In this document: positions 1 to 9,626 of the stretch, piece after piece
How the letters are laid out: every line of letters starts with the position of its first letter
Numbering within the stretch: the first letter of the stretch is position 1
DNA from: Thermoanaerobaculia bacterium
GTDB taxonomy: Bacteria; Acidobacteriota; Thermoanaerobaculia; Multivoradales; UBA5704
Direction of reading: 5' to 3'
DNA: 64,000 bases
NCBI GenBank assembly: GCA_044868005.1
Contig: JBIOVX010000147.1
Location: 28,036 to 92,035, forward strand
Program-made: the position numbers and the translations under genes
Notes under the pieces: generated by a model
What the model was told of the DNA's origin: nothing
What the model saw: the letters and a program-made list of their open reading frames with translations, nothing else
The model's database searches: none

Positions 1-2
1 CG

Positions 3-662
3 GAGCAGTCGGGGGAGAAGGCGGAGTTCTTCCGGCAGCGGGCTCTCGCCGCGGGTTTCGGCTTCTGTTCCTTCGACTTTCAGGGCCACGGCCAGTCGGG
101 GGGTGAGATCGCTGCCGTCACCCTGACGCGCAATCTGGAGGACGTCCGGCGCGTACATGACTTGCTGCGTGCTCGTAGCCAGGAGCGGCTCGTCCTGATC
201 GGCTCCTCGATGGGCGGCGGCACGGCGCTCTGGTACTCGGCGCTTCATCCTGAGGAGATCGTGGCCGGCCTCCACATCGCTCCGGCGCTCGAGATGGAAC
301 GCGGCCTCCTCGCCTGGGCCGGACCGGAGAGGGAGCGCCGGTGGCAGGAGACCGGCACCATCCACTTCCAGAACGAATTCGTCTCCTGCGAGCTCGGCTG
401 GACCCTGATCGAGGACCTCCGCGCCCACCCGCTCGACACGCTGCTCGCCCGTTACCGCACTCCCTGCCTCCTCCTCCAAGGCAAGCAGGACGCCTCGGTC
501 TCCTGGCGCAGCGTCGCCGATTTCGCCGTTCGCTGCACCTTCCCGGAGATCGAGCTCCACCTCTTCGCGGACGGCGACCACCGCCTGACGGATCGCAAGG
601 AGAGGCTGTGGGCGCTGATGACGGAGTTTCTACGAGGGAGGAGATTGAGTCAGCAACGATGA
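3..662 (+). CDS. alpha/beta-fold hydrolase (5' end outside window)
   Basis: Frame open from window edge to TGA at 660-662. G-S-S-M-G-G nucleophile elbow (LIGSSMGGG). C-terminal DGDH. Confidence 0.8.
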   Translation, partial: EQSGEKAEFFRQRALAAGFGFCSFDFQGHGQSGGEIAAVTLTRNLEDVRRVHDLLRARSQERLVLIGSSMGGGTALWYSALHPEEIVAGLHIAPALEMERGLLAWAGPERERRWQETGTIHFQNEFVSCELGWTLIEDLRAHPLDTLLARYRTPCLLLQGKQDASVSWRSVADFAVRCTFPEIELHLFADGDHRLTDRKERLWALMTEFLRGRRLSQQR

Positions 663-1768
663 GAATCCATCCCTACGACGCCCTGCTGTGCGATGTCCTG
701 GGACGCTCCAAGATCTCCGTTAAAGTCCTCGAGCACGTGGAACAATGTCCCAAGTGCCAGGCGAAACGTGCCCTCCGCGCTTCGGCAGACCGCTTCCGCT
801 CGGCCGACTACGGGTCGGCATTCGAGCGGTCCTTCCTGACCCTCGAGCAACGGCAGGCCGCCCTGGAACGGGAACGTGGCGAAGCGCCCCAGCTCCTCGC
901 CCGCCTGATCGGCCTCATCCCCGAGAGACAGCAGATCCTTCTCCGCAACAGCCGACGCTTCCAGCAGTGGGGACTCTGGGAGCTCTTGATGGAGCTGGGG
1001 CGGGAAGAAATGTTTATCGATCCTACCCATGCGGAGGTGCTCTTCCGGCTCGCTCTGGAGGTCTCCACTCATCTCGACTCGTCGATCTACGGCCGGGAAA
1101 GAACAGAGGACGTACGGGCCCGAACGTGGAGCCATATTGGCAATGCTCTGCGGGCGAGCCCGGATCTGCCGGCGTCCGAGGAGGCGTTCGAAGAGGCCTT
1201 CCTCCGCCTGCGGAAAGGTACAGGAGATATCCTGGAGCGAGCGCTCGTCGTTGAGCACCAAGCTGTCCTTTTGAGGTTTCAAGGGCGCTTTGATGAGTCG
1301 CATCGGCTCTCGCGCCGGGCCATCGCGATCTTCCGCCAGGCCAAGGACGACCACTTGGTCGGGCGAGCCCTCGTGAGCTTATCGATCACGCAAGGGGATC
1401 TCGGAGACCACGGAAAAGCGATCACGGTGCTCGGTCAAGCCCTCGATCTGATCGATCCGCCGCGCGAGCCCCGTGTGGTTCTCAGCGCTCTGCAATGCCT
1501 GATGGATCACCTTTCGTCCGCGGGACGCTTCATGGAAGCGCAGAGAGTCTTCAGACAGGCCGGCCCGATCTACCAACGGTTCAACGAGCCTCGGTCTCAA
1601 AGCCGGCGCATGTGGGTCGAGGCCAAGATCAAGTGGGGCCTTGGCCAGACCCAAGAGGCCGTGGCGCTCATGACCAGGGCGCGGGACGGCTTTGTCGCCG
1701 CCAATGCGAATCGCGAGAGCGAGCTCGTCTCCAAAGACCTGATTTCGATAGGTGCCGCCGGCTCCTGA
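659..1768 (+). CDS. soluble zinc-finger (H-x3-C-x2-C, ZAS/anti-sigma-like) plus TPR-like repeat protein, paralog 1
   Basis: ATG 659 overlaps the upstream stop (ATGA). MRIHPYD...LEHVEQCPKCQ. Alignable over >300 aa with CDS 2364-3725. The tracked start at 341 is only open frame inside the upstream gene. Confidence 0.8.
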   Translation: MRIHPYDALLCDVLGRSKISVKVLEHVEQCPKCQAKRALRASADRFRSADYGSAFERSFLTLEQRQAALERERGEAPQLLARLIGLIPERQQILLRNSRRFQQWGLWELLMELGREEMFIDPTHAEVLFRLALEVSTHLDSSIYGRERTEDVRARTWSHIGNALRASPDLPASEEAFEEAFLRLRKGTGDILERALVVEHQAVLLRFQGRFDESHRLSRRAIAIFRQAKDDHLVGRALVSLSITQGDLGDHGKAITVLGQALDLIDPPREPRVVLSALQCLMDHLSSAGRFMEAQRVFRQAGPIYQRFNEPRSQSRRMWVEAKIKWGLGQTQEAVALMTRARDGFVAANANRESELVSKDLISIGAAGS

Positions 1769-1986
1769 ACGTAGAGGATTCCAGCGAGCCTCGCCAGCGG
1801 ATTGTCTGATGGGCGCAACTTCTGTAATCTATATTGTCGGCCTCGATAAACTGGACCTCCCAAAGCGCAGATGAGGACCAGCCGATATGCAGGTCCTTTG
1901 TTCAGAAGAGCGCACTACTCACACGAAGCGATCCTCGCGTGGCCGAGATGGCTACCGAGTGACTGTCCAAGGAGGAGGGAGATTTC

Positions 1987-2235
1987 ATGTCACGCACGTT
2001 CCGATTTGCCGCCGCCCTTCTGGTCATCGCTTCTCTAACCTGCGGGAGCCTAGGGGCCTTGCCGCCAAGCTTCCGTACCGCCCCTGCTGAGAGCGGCAGG
2101 GGCGACTTCCTAGCCGCCATCATGGAGTGGATTGCCTCGGTCCTGGCGCCCGACCGCCCCACCGGCGAGGCTCCAAAGCCGCCGGCGCAAAGCAAGGACG
2201 GGGCCCACATCGACCCGTCGGGAGGAGGCCACTAG
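1987..2235 (+). CDS. small secreted protein (82 aa) with N-terminal signal peptide
   Basis: Strong SD AAGGAGGAGGGAG ending about 6 nt before the ATG. MSRTFRFAAALLVIASLTCGSLGA hydrophobic leader. No recognisable family. Confidence 0.5.
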   Translation: MSRTFRFAAALLVIASLTCGSLGALPPSFRTAPAESGRGDFLAAIMEWIASVLAPDRPTGEAPKPPAQSKDGAHIDPSGGGH

Positions 2236-2363
2236 CCGGCGGCCCTGCTGGGGAGCACTGCAGAGCACCCGCGTGCTCCCCACTTGTCCCGTTTTACCCT
2301 CCTGAAGCAACCAATTCTATTGAGGGTGGTATTTCTTCGTCTTTGTCCTTGGGAGGGCCGCCA

Positions 2364-3725
2364 ATGAAGATCCATCCCCATGATTTGGTGCTCCAGGAGT
2401 TTGCTGCCAGCTTTCCTGAGGATCGCGAAGAGTGCCTGGAGCACCTCATCGAGTGCCCGGATTGCCGAGGTCGGCTCCGGCGGCTACTCCATTTCAGGCC
2501 CTACGATCTGGCGTCTAAGGTAGTCCCTCTACAACGCAGTCAGAAGACTCCAGCCGACTACGACCCGTCCCTGGACAGGATTTCACGCTCCCTGCGACGT
2601 ATCCAATCCGGCTATCAGAAGGAAAGGGCTGAGGCGCCGGGACTCTTCGCTGAGCTGTGCCGGCACACGCTCGAAAGGCGGCCGCTGCTCATCCGCAACT
2701 CCTCACGCTTTCATACATGGGGTTTCTGCGAGCTGCTGCTGCGGCACAGTGCGGAGCAGACCTTCCATCGCGCTGCTCTTGGCGAGAGCTGGGCATTCCT
2801 GGCGCTCGAGGTATTGGATCATCTCGATCCTTCCTATTATGGCGCCGAGGCTATCGAGGATCTACGGGCACGGGCCTGGGCTTACGTCGCGAACGCGCGT
2901 CGTGTAAAGGCCGACTTCAGGGGATCTGAGGAGGCGTTCGCTCTCGCCCTCGCATCCCTAAGGCGTGGCTCGCTTGACCCTATGGACAGGGCCGTACTCT
3001 TCGATCTTCAGGCTTCGCTGCGGAGAGCACAACGCCGGTTTGACCAGGCGTTGGGCCTCCTGCGCCGCGCGTTCAGGATCTTTCTTGGTCTTGGCGAGAA
3101 AAGTCTAGCCAGCCAGGTATTGATCAAGATTTCGACGGTTCACAGCATCGCCGGTGAGCCCGAGCGGTCGATCCCATTTCTTTACCAGGCCCTTCCCCTG
3201 ATTGATCCCTCGCGCGAGCCGCGCCTCTTGCTGAGCGCCTGGCACAACCTGGTCAACAGCCTCACCGACGCCGGGCGGTTCATGGAAGCACAAAAGCTAT
3301 TGGCGAAGACGCGCCCCCTGTACCGGGAGTTCCGTCAAGCCCCGGTACAAAACCGGTTGAAGTGGACGGAAGGGAAAATCGCTTGCGGGCTCGGGCAACA
3401 TCAGCAGGCAGAGACTCTCCTGCTTTCGGCGCGGGATGGCTTCCTCGTCGAGGACGCCGCATATGAAACGGCGCTCGTCTCGCTGGATCTCGCTTACCTC
3501 TATGCTGGACAAGGGCGAACGGATGAGCTCAAGCGCCTCGCCAGGGAGATGATGCCAATCTTTACCTCCCGGCGCATCCACCGCGAAGCCTTGGCGGCGC
3601 TCGCCTTCTGGAGGCAGGCGGTCGAAGCGGAGAAGGCCGGGCTCCAATTGGCGACGGAAGTGGCGACCTATCTCAAGCGGGCCCAGCACGACCCCGAGCT
3701 GCGGTTCGAGCGGCCCCAAGAGTAG
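2364..3725 (+). CDS. soluble zinc-finger (H-x3-C-x2-C) plus TPR-like repeat protein, paralog 2 (full length)
   Basis: GGGAGGG SD before ATG 2364. MKIHPHD...LEHLIECPDCRG. Paralogous to 659-1768 but about 85 aa longer at the C-terminus. Confidence 0.85.
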   Translation: MKIHPHDLVLQEFAASFPEDREECLEHLIECPDCRGRLRRLLHFRPYDLASKVVPLQRSQKTPADYDPSLDRISRSLRRIQSGYQKERAEAPGLFAELCRHTLERRPLLIRNSSRFHTWGFCELLLRHSAEQTFHRAALGESWAFLALEVLDHLDPSYYGAEAIEDLRARAWAYVANARRVKADFRGSEEAFALALASLRRGSLDPMDRAVLFDLQASLRRAQRRFDQALGLLRRAFRIFLGLGEKSLASQVLIKISTVHSIAGEPERSIPFLYQALPLIDPSREPRLLLSAWHNLVNSLTDAGRFMEAQKLLAKTRPLYREFRQAPVQNRLKWTEGKIACGLGQHQQAETLLLSARDGFLVEDAAYETALVSLDLAYLYAGQGRTDELKRLAREMMPIFTSRRIHREALAALAFWRQAVEAEKAGLQLATEVATYLKRAQHDPELRFERPQE

Positions 3726-3749
3726 GGGCGCAGCGGACTGCGCCCCTAC
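3722..3749. terminator. bidirectional hairpin between convergent genes
   Basis: GTAGGGGCGCAG-cgga-CTGCGCCCCTAC, perfect 12-bp stem overlapping the TAG stop of 2364-3725. Confidence 0.7.
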
Positions 3750-3765
3750 GAGGCCTCGACGCTCT

Positions 3766-4515
3766 CTACTTGAAATCGAAGTTGACCGTCGCCGCCTGGT
3801 TGGGGGCGATCGTCACTTGCTGGGTCTGGGTGCCCAGCTTCTCGTGCCAGGCTTCGAGGGTGTACGTACCCGGGGGGAGCTTGTCGATCGAGAAGGAGCC
3901 GTCCTCGCCGCTCACCGCGTAGTAGGGATGCGACACCACGCCGATCCAGGCCGTCATCCAGGGATGGACGTCGCACTTGACGTGGATCATCTCCGGCTTG
4001 TCGAAGGTCTTGTCGAAGGGCGGCAGGCCCTGCGGCTGCGCCTGGTTGAACTCCTGGTTCGCCGTCGCCAGCGCATGCACGTTGTGCAGCGTCGCGTCGG
4101 TGTTCTTGATGGCGATCGCCTGGCCGGTCTGGAGACCCTGGACCCGCGGCGTGTACTGGCAGCCCACCTGGTCGACCTCCTTCTTCTCCGCGGGCGCCGG
4201 GAAGGTCTTCCCCTCCAGGCCGCTCTTGACGGTGATGAAGACGTTGGCCAGCTTGCCGTCCTTGACGGCGATCTCGTTGGTGTCGACCGGGGTCGGGTGC
4301 AATCCCGCGCACACCGGATCGGCGTCCATGGCGATGGGCGTATCGGTGTCGGCGCCCGCGTAGGTCACGGACCCGTTGACGCTGCCGGCGTCGGCCGGGG
4401 CTGCTGCCGGCGCGCTGGAAGCCGGAGCCGCCTCTTCCTTGGTCTCTCCGCCGCCACAGCCCGCCAGCACCGGCAGGGTACAGAGCGCCAGAATCCACCA
4501 TTTGTTCCTGCTCAT
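3766..4515 (-). CDS. lipoprotein with amicyanin-like type-1 copper (cupredoxin) domain and C-terminal carboxypeptidase-regulatory-like beta-sandwich
   Basis: AAGGAGG SD before ATG 4515. Lipobox LAGC. Ligand pattern LHNVH ... C-DV-H-PW-M (C-x2-H-x2-M, as in amicyanin CTPHPFM). Tail GSFSIDKLPPGTYTLEAWHEKLG. Confidence 0.85.
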   Translation of the reverse strand: MSRNKWWILALCTLPVLAGCGGGETKEEAAPASSAPAAAPADAGSVNGSVTYAGADTDTPIAMDADPVCAGLHPTPVDTNEIAVKDGKLANVFITVKSGLEGKTFPAPAEKKEVDQVGCQYTPRVQGLQTGQAIAIKNTDATLHNVHALATANQEFNQAQPQGLPPFDKTFDKPEMIHVKCDVHPWMTAWIGVVSHPYYAVSGEDGSFSIDKLPPGTYTLEAWHEKLGTQTQQVTIAPNQAATVNFDFK

Positions 4516-4650
4516 ACGAGAAACCTCCTTGCGTAAGGATCTACGATTGTTCGCTAGGATTTGAGCTCGCAAGACGCGAGCCGGCCGCCGCCTGACCCGG
4601 AACAGGGCGGGACGGCCGGACTTCGGACTCTACTCTACAACAGCTCGCGG

Positions 4651-7600
4651 TCAATGGCTGCCCGCGCCTCCCGCGGTGACCGCCGCTCCCGGGCTCACGG
4701 GGGCGAGCATGGGCTGGCGGCCGCGGGAGATGGCCCAGATGTGGTCGCGCAGCGCGGTCGATACCTTCCCCGCGTCCGCCAGCCAGGCGTTCATCTCCGC
4801 TTCGGACGAGAAGTAGCGAAGGAGCTGCTGCTTCTGAGCCGCGAACGTCGGAGCGGCGAGTTGGAACGGTACCGGCGAGACCAGATGGCCTGAGGCGTCG
4901 CGCGAGAAGAAGTTCGGCATCCGCGTGCCCGGCACCCAGGTCTGCGGCTCCTGAATCCACAGCGGCACCCAATCGTAACGCAAACGATCGTGGGCCAGCA
5001 GCAGCGACGGTGCCAAGTCTCCGGAAGCCGCCTGCGCCGCCGCGGCCGTGGTCGGATGGCAGCGGGCGCACTGCAGCATGCCGAACACCACACCGCCCAC
5101 GGCGAGGCTGCGCGGGTCCGGCGGCGCGGGCTCGGAGATGAACGGATGGCTCTGATCGCGGGACGCGAAGTAGGAGATGACGGTGTTGGCCTGGTCGTCC
5201 GTGAAGCCGAAGGTCGGCATGCGCACGGTGAGCCACGGCCGCATCTTCACCCGGCTCGGGTCGTGCAGGTAGCTGAACAGCCAGTCGCCCTGCACGCGGG
5301 CGCCTTCGGCGGCGAGGTTCGGCGGCAGCACCGCCTCGTTGTCGCCGAGCAGGCTCTTAATGGCGCGGCCGTGCCCTTCGATCAGATGGCAGCCCTGGCA
5401 GTTGAAGCGGGTGATGAGCTTGCGCCCCTCGGCGAGCGCCGCGTTGCGCGCGTTGCCGCCGGCCTGGCGGGTGGCGATGGCCGACTCCTTGGTAAAGCCC
5501 ATGACGTTGGCGAGCACCGCCGTAGCCTCGCGCTGCGACATGCCGAAGCTCGGCATCTTGAGCAGCTCGTTGTAGTCCTTGGCCGCCTCCTTGCCTTCGT
5601 CCCACATCCGCGGCCGCAGCAGCTTGTTGTAGATCCAGTCCTGCCGCGTGTGCGGCACCTCGTGGACGTGGCCGAAGTCGAGCTGGTGGAGCGGCTTCGA
5701 GCCCTCCTGCGTCAGCTCGGTGCCGATCGGCTTGGTGGTCTCGAAGCCCTTGATGTCGTGGCAGCCGTAGCACCCGTACTTGCCGATCGTCTGCTCGCCC
5801 AGGTAGATGTTGCGCTCGCGCTCCTTCATGGCGGCGAGCTTGGCGCGGCTGCGGTCCATGGTGTAGAGGTTCTGCAGATAGTTGAGCGCCAGCTCGTCGC
5901 GCACGCCGCGGTCGACGGCCGGCAGGGCGACGTTCTCGTAAGCGCGGTTGTGGTTCGGCGCGTCGAGCAGGTAGGCCGTAATGTCCGCCGCCTCCTGGTC
6001 GGTCAGCCGGAGGTTCGGCATGTTGGTGTCCGGGAAGTACTGCTTCGGATCCTTGACCCAGGCGTAGAGCCAGCCGCGCGACACCTTGCTGCCGGTGTTG
6101 GCCAGGTTGGGGCCGTGGAGGCGGTTGATGAGCGGGAAGTAGTCGTCGCGCTTCGCCTTGGCGTCGAGGAGGTGGCAGCCGCCGCAGCCGACGGTCTCGA
6201 AGAGCTGCTTGCCGTGCGCCGGATCGCCCGGCGGCACCGCCACGTCATCGTAGGCCGGCCGCTCCGACTTCGCCCACAGGTAGGAGACGATGGCGTTGAT
6301 CTCCACCGCCTGGCGCTTCAGATTGGCCGGAGAGGTGGTGTTCTCCTGGTTGAAGAAGTGGGGCATCCAGGTGGTGGGGTGGAACTTGCGCGGCGCTTCG
6401 ATCCACTTGTAGGCCCAGCCGGGGTTCGTCTTGCCGGCGATGCGCAGCAGCGAGGGGCCCGCCTTGCGCAGGCCGGTGAATCCCGGCAGGTTGATGGTGT
6501 GGCAGCCGTAGCAGCCCATGTGCGCGATCAGCTCGCGCCCCACCTCCTGCTCCTCCGACTTCGGCGTCCAGACGCCGCCGGCGTGGCAGCCGATGCAGCC
6601 GGACTCGGCGAGGTTGGCCGGCAGGATCGGATAGTCCAGGAACTGCGGCTGGCTCCAGCCCCACTTGTGCTGCCACTCCCCTTTCTTCTCCTCCCACGCT
6701 TTCTTCGCCGCCTCGTCGTGGGCCGGCAGCAGCGGCAGGTTGTGGCCGGCGCGGGTGAATTCCGTGGCGCGGTCGAGACCGCCGTGGCAGATGGTGCAGC
6801 CGAAGCGGTTGTACGGGTGAGGCGAGGAGTCGCCGACGAAGAGGTCGATCCGCGGATGGCTGCGGAACGGCTCCGGCCACTCCGTTTCCTTGGTGTTCGG
6901 ATCGTCCTCGAAGCCCGGACGGTTCGCCGCCACGTGGCAGGTCATGCAGCGGTCGACGCGGTCGATGTTGGTGAAGTTGATGTTCTGGTAGAGCCCCGGC
7001 AGGATCACCTGTTCCACCTTGAGGCTCGGCTTCAGGAAGTCCATCAGCGGCGCGTTGAGGAGGAAGTAGTCCACTCCCTTGCCAAGAGTGGCGATGCGCG
7101 TCTCGATGCTGTCGACGCCGCTCTGCAGGTCCTTGAGCTTCTTCTCGGCCCCGGTCAGCACGGCCTGCTTGGCGGCCAGCCGGTTCTGCGCGTCGTCGAG
7201 GGCGTCCTGCGCCTGTTCCTTCTTGTGCTGGGCGTCGGCGAACCTCTTCCGCGCCTCTTCGTACTCCTTCTGCTTCGACGCAGCCGCGTCCTTGTCGCCC
7301 GTCTGCAGCGACGTGTCGTATTGGAACTTTTGGGCGTCCGAGTGCGCCTTGGCGGCTTTCCACGCCGTGTCGGCGATGTTGTACTGGGTCTTGCTGTCCT
7401 TGACCTCACCCTCCAGCTTGTCGATGTCCTTGCGGTGCTGGTCGAGCTCTGCCTGCGCCTGCTTGATCTCCCCCTGGAGCTGAGCGAGCTCGTTCTGGCT
7501 CAAGCGGTCCCTCTCCGCCTGGGCCTCCTTCTCCAGCTTCTGCTGCTCCAGGCTGCGGAACTCCGACTGGATGCGCTTCCACGGCTGCGCGTAATCGGCG

Positions 7601-7722
7601 AAGGCCATCCACAGCGTCACCGCCAGCAGCCCCAGCGAGGAGAGGGCGAACACCATGTTCATGCGACCGAAGTTGTAGTGACGGTCGGGACGCTTCTCAG
7701 GCGGAGTCTTGGGCGGTGTCAA
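4651..7722 (-). CDS. membrane-anchored octahaem c-type cytochrome with ~200-aa N-terminal coiled coil
   Basis: Eight CxxCH motifs (CMTCH, CTICH, CIGCH, CYGCH, CGGCH, CYGCH, CQGCH, CARCH). One N-terminal TM helix, then a Lys/Glu/Gln/Ala-rich heptad-like segment. TTG start with GAGGAG SD, 16 nt after the cyt b subunit gene. Confidence 0.9.
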   Translation of the reverse strand: MTPPKTPPEKRPDRHYNFGRMNMVFALSSLGLLAVTLWMAFADYAQPWKRIQSEFRSLEQQKLEKEAQAERDRLSQNELAQLQGEIKQAQAELDQHRKDIDKLEGEVKDSKTQYNIADTAWKAAKAHSDAQKFQYDTSLQTGDKDAAASKQKEYEEARKRFADAQHKKEQAQDALDDAQNRLAAKQAVLTGAEKKLKDLQSGVDSIETRIATLGKGVDYFLLNAPLMDFLKPSLKVEQVILPGLYQNINFTNIDRVDRCMTCHVAANRPGFEDDPNTKETEWPEPFRSHPRIDLFVGDSSPHPYNRFGCTICHGGLDRATEFTRAGHNLPLLPAHDEAAKKAWEEKKGEWQHKWGWSQPQFLDYPILPANLAESGCIGCHAGGVWTPKSEEQEVGRELIAHMGCYGCHTINLPGFTGLRKAGPSLLRIAGKTNPGWAYKWIEAPRKFHPTTWMPHFFNQENTTSPANLKRQAVEINAIVSYLWAKSERPAYDDVAVPPGDPAHGKQLFETVGCGGCHLLDAKAKRDDYFPLINRLHGPNLANTGSKVSRGWLYAWVKDPKQYFPDTNMPNLRLTDQEAADITAYLLDAPNHNRAYENVALPAVDRGVRDELALNYLQNLYTMDRSRAKLAAMKERERNIYLGEQTIGKYGCYGCHDIKGFETTKPIGTELTQEGSKPLHQLDFGHVHEVPHTRQDWIYNKLLRPRMWDEGKEAAKDYNELLKMPSFGMSQREATAVLANVMGFTKESAIATRQAGGNARNAALAEGRKLITRFNCQGCHLIEGHGRAIKSLLGDNEAVLPPNLAAEGARVQGDWLFSYLHDPSRVKMRPWLTVRMPTFGFTDDQANTVISYFASRDQSHPFISEPAPPDPRSLAVGGVVFGMLQCARCHPTTAAAAQAASGDLAPSLLLAHDRLRYDWVPLWIQEPQTWVPGTRMPNFFSRDASGHLVSPVPFQLAAPTFAAQKQQLLRYFSSEAEMNAWLADAGKVSTALRDHIWAISRGRQPMLAPVSPGAAVTAGGAGSH

Positions 7723-7738
7723 CTTGGAGCTCCTCGAT

Positions 7739-8818
7739 CTAAATGTTGAAGAAGTACTCCTGGATGTGGACGAAATACTTCAGGTTGAACAGCCACCGGC
7801 AGTACATCTTGATCGGCAGCAGCATCATGAACAGGAACAGCGTCACGCCGACGTAGTAGCGGGGCGGTCCCATCTTCTCGTAATACTTCTTGAACCAGCG
7901 CGTGCGGCGCAGCAGCACCGGCAGCCCGAGGAAGTAGAAGCCGATGAGCAGAATGCCCGGCAGCTCGCGCAGGAACCAGTTGCCGGGGAGGCCGATGCCC
8001 AGCAGCTTGATCCAGAAGTACTCCGAGAGGTCGACGTTGACCAGGGCTTCGACCTTGTTCTGGTCCCAGAACTCGTAGGGCCCGAAGAAGTTCCAGTTGG
8101 GGCCGCGCAGGAAGGTGCCGATGACGATCATCTGGCTCCACAGCACCAGCCAGCCGAAGAAGAAGAGGGTGACCTCGACCTTACGCTCGCGGAAGGTGTA
8201 ATAGCCGTTCCCCTTCGGGTTGGTATCGATATAGGGGATCGCCATCAGTCCGAGGATGATGAGCCCCGGCAGCACGACGCCGGCGAGCCAGGGATCGAAG
8301 TAGACGAGCATCTCCTGCAGGCCGAGGAAGTACCAGGGCGCCTTGGACGGGTTCGGCGCCAGGGCCGGGTTCGCCGGCTCCTCGAGCGGCGCCCGCAGGG
8401 CGATCGACCAGACGACCATCACCACCGTCAGCACCACCATGCAGATGAACTCGGAGAAAACGAGGTCCGGCCAGGTGAAGATGCGGTCCTCCACCTCCGT
8501 GGTCTCGAACAGCGGCTCGCCGTTGGCCAGGCGGTCGTCGTTGGCGGTCGCCTTGCTCATCGCGAACCAGACGAAGAACCCCACCAGGAAGACCATCATC
8601 ACGATCGGCACGTTGTCCGGCTTGGCGACGATCGAGCGGAAGTTCGGATCGAGCAACGAGACGAGGAAATAGGCGACGCCGACCGCCAGCAGGATCAGGC
8701 CGCCGCGCTTCGTCCACAGCCGCTTCGCGCGCAGCATGAGGATGAAGAGGACCACCGACAGGCTGAACGAGAACTGCGGCAGGGCGATGACGTTGATGGC
8801 GTGCTTGATGAAGTCCAT
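7739..8818 (-). CDS. cytochrome b C-terminal subunit (subunit-IV-like, enlarged, multi-TM)
   Basis: Polytopic. [11 protein letters not shown] at the position of the PEWY Qo motif. Directly follows the cyt b6-like gene. Confidence 0.85.
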   Translation of the reverse strand: MDFIKHAINVIALPQFSFSLSVVLFILMLRAKRLWTKRGGLILLAVGVAYFLVSLLDPNFRSIVAKPDNVPIVMMVFLVGFFVWFAMSKATANDDRLANGEPLFETTEVEDRIFTWPDLVFSEFICMVVLTVVMVVWSIALRAPLEEPANPALAPNPSKAPWYFLGLQEMLVYFDPWLAGVVLPGLIILGLMAIPYIDTNPKGNGYYTFRERKVEVTLFFFGWLVLWSQMIVIGTFLRGPNWNFFGPYEFWDQNKVEALVNVDLSEYFWIKLLGIGLPGNWFLRELPGILLIGFYFLGLPVLLRRTRWFKKYYEKMGPPRYYVGVTLFLFMMLLPIKMYCRWLFNLKYFVHIQEYFFNI

Positions 8819-8830
8819 GGCTGTCTCCGG

Positions 8831-9610
8831 CTACATGGGCCCTGAGATGCCGCCGTCCTTGCGGACGCGCCAGAAGTGGACGGCGATGAGGAACGCCGCC
8901 GCCAGCGGAATGCCCACGCAGTGCAGCACGTAGAAGCGGATCAGCGTGGCGTTGCCGATCGTCCGCCCGCCGATCAGCGCGAAGCGGGCGTCGCTGCCGG
9001 CGTGGATCAGGCGTTGCCCTCCCAGTTTGAGGAGGGCGGCGCCCGGTCCCTCGTTGCCTAAGAGCGGCGTCGCGCGCGCCATGTTGGAGCCCACGGTGAT
9101 GGCCCAGATGGCGAGCTGGTCCCAAGGCAGCAGGTAGCCGGTGAAGGAGAGCAGCAGCGTCAGCACCAGCAGGATGACGCCGACGTTCCAGTTGAACTCG
9201 CGGGGCGGTTTGTACGAGCCGGTCATGAAGACGCGGAACATGTGCAGCCACACGGCGATGACCATGGCGTGGGCGCCCCAGCGGTGCAGCTCGCGCATGA
9301 TGCCGAAGGCGGCGGCCTCGCGCAGGTCGACGATGTCGACGAAGGCGTACTCCACGCTCGGCCGGTAGTAGAACATCAGCAGCAGACCGGTGATCGTCTC
9401 CACCAGGAAGAGGAAGAACGCCGTGCCTCCCATGCACCAGGTGTAGCTCATCCGGATGCCGGACTTCTTCACCTTGATCGGGTGCAGGTGGAGCACCACG
9501 TTGCCGAGCATGGCGAGCGCGCGCTTGCGGTTGTCCGTCGGGATGCCCACCCGGAAGATGGACTTCCAGACCTGGGACTTGGTGATGCTCTTGTTCAGGT
9601 TGCCGATCAT
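8831..9610 (-). CDS. cytochrome b N-terminal subunit (b6-like, four-helix haem-binding core)
   Basis: Typical cyt b/b6 N-terminal half (…[11 protein letters not shown]…[12 protein letters not shown]…[15 protein letters not shown]…). Sits between the Rieske and subunit-IV-like genes. Confidence 0.9.
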   Translation of the reverse strand: MIGNLNKSITKSQVWKSIFRVGIPTDNRKRALAMLGNVVLHLHPIKVKKSGIRMSYTWCMGGTAFFLFLVETITGLLLMFYYRPSVEYAFVDIVDLREAAAFGIMRELHRWGAHAMVIAVWLHMFRVFMTGSYKPPREFNWNVGVILLVLTLLLSFTGYLLPWDQLAIWAITVGSNMARATPLLGNEGPGAALLKLGGQRLIHAGSDARFALIGGRTIGNATLIRFYVLHCVGIPLAAAFLIAVHFWRVRKDGGISGPM

Positions 9611-9626
9611 GAGCTCTCTTTCGTGG

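Noticed and set aside
341-658. N-terminal extensions of tracked ORFs: 341-658, 16993-17703, 17709-18020, 18728-20659, 2127-2363, 44434-44538, 58153-58920, 46209-46658, 48960-50420 and 40602-41273.
   Set aside because: These segments lie inside upstream genes or spacers, translate to Arg/Pro-rich junk, and are followed by an internal start. That start has an SD and/or an ATGA/GTGA overlap and gives the family-typical N-terminus.
4990-7749. Very long antisense ORFs opposite real genes. Examples: 4990-7749 (+), 19699-22713 (+), 26334-28808 (-), 28763-30157 (-), 30698-32491 (+), 14732-16855 (-), 62871-63911 (-), 15103-17211 (+).
   Set aside because: Their products are Arg/Ala/Gly/Pro-rich low-complexity strings with no motifs, while the opposite strand encodes clearly recognisable proteins (cytochrome c, TopA, HutI, PurL and others). 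These are typical stop-poor shadow frames of a high-GC genome.
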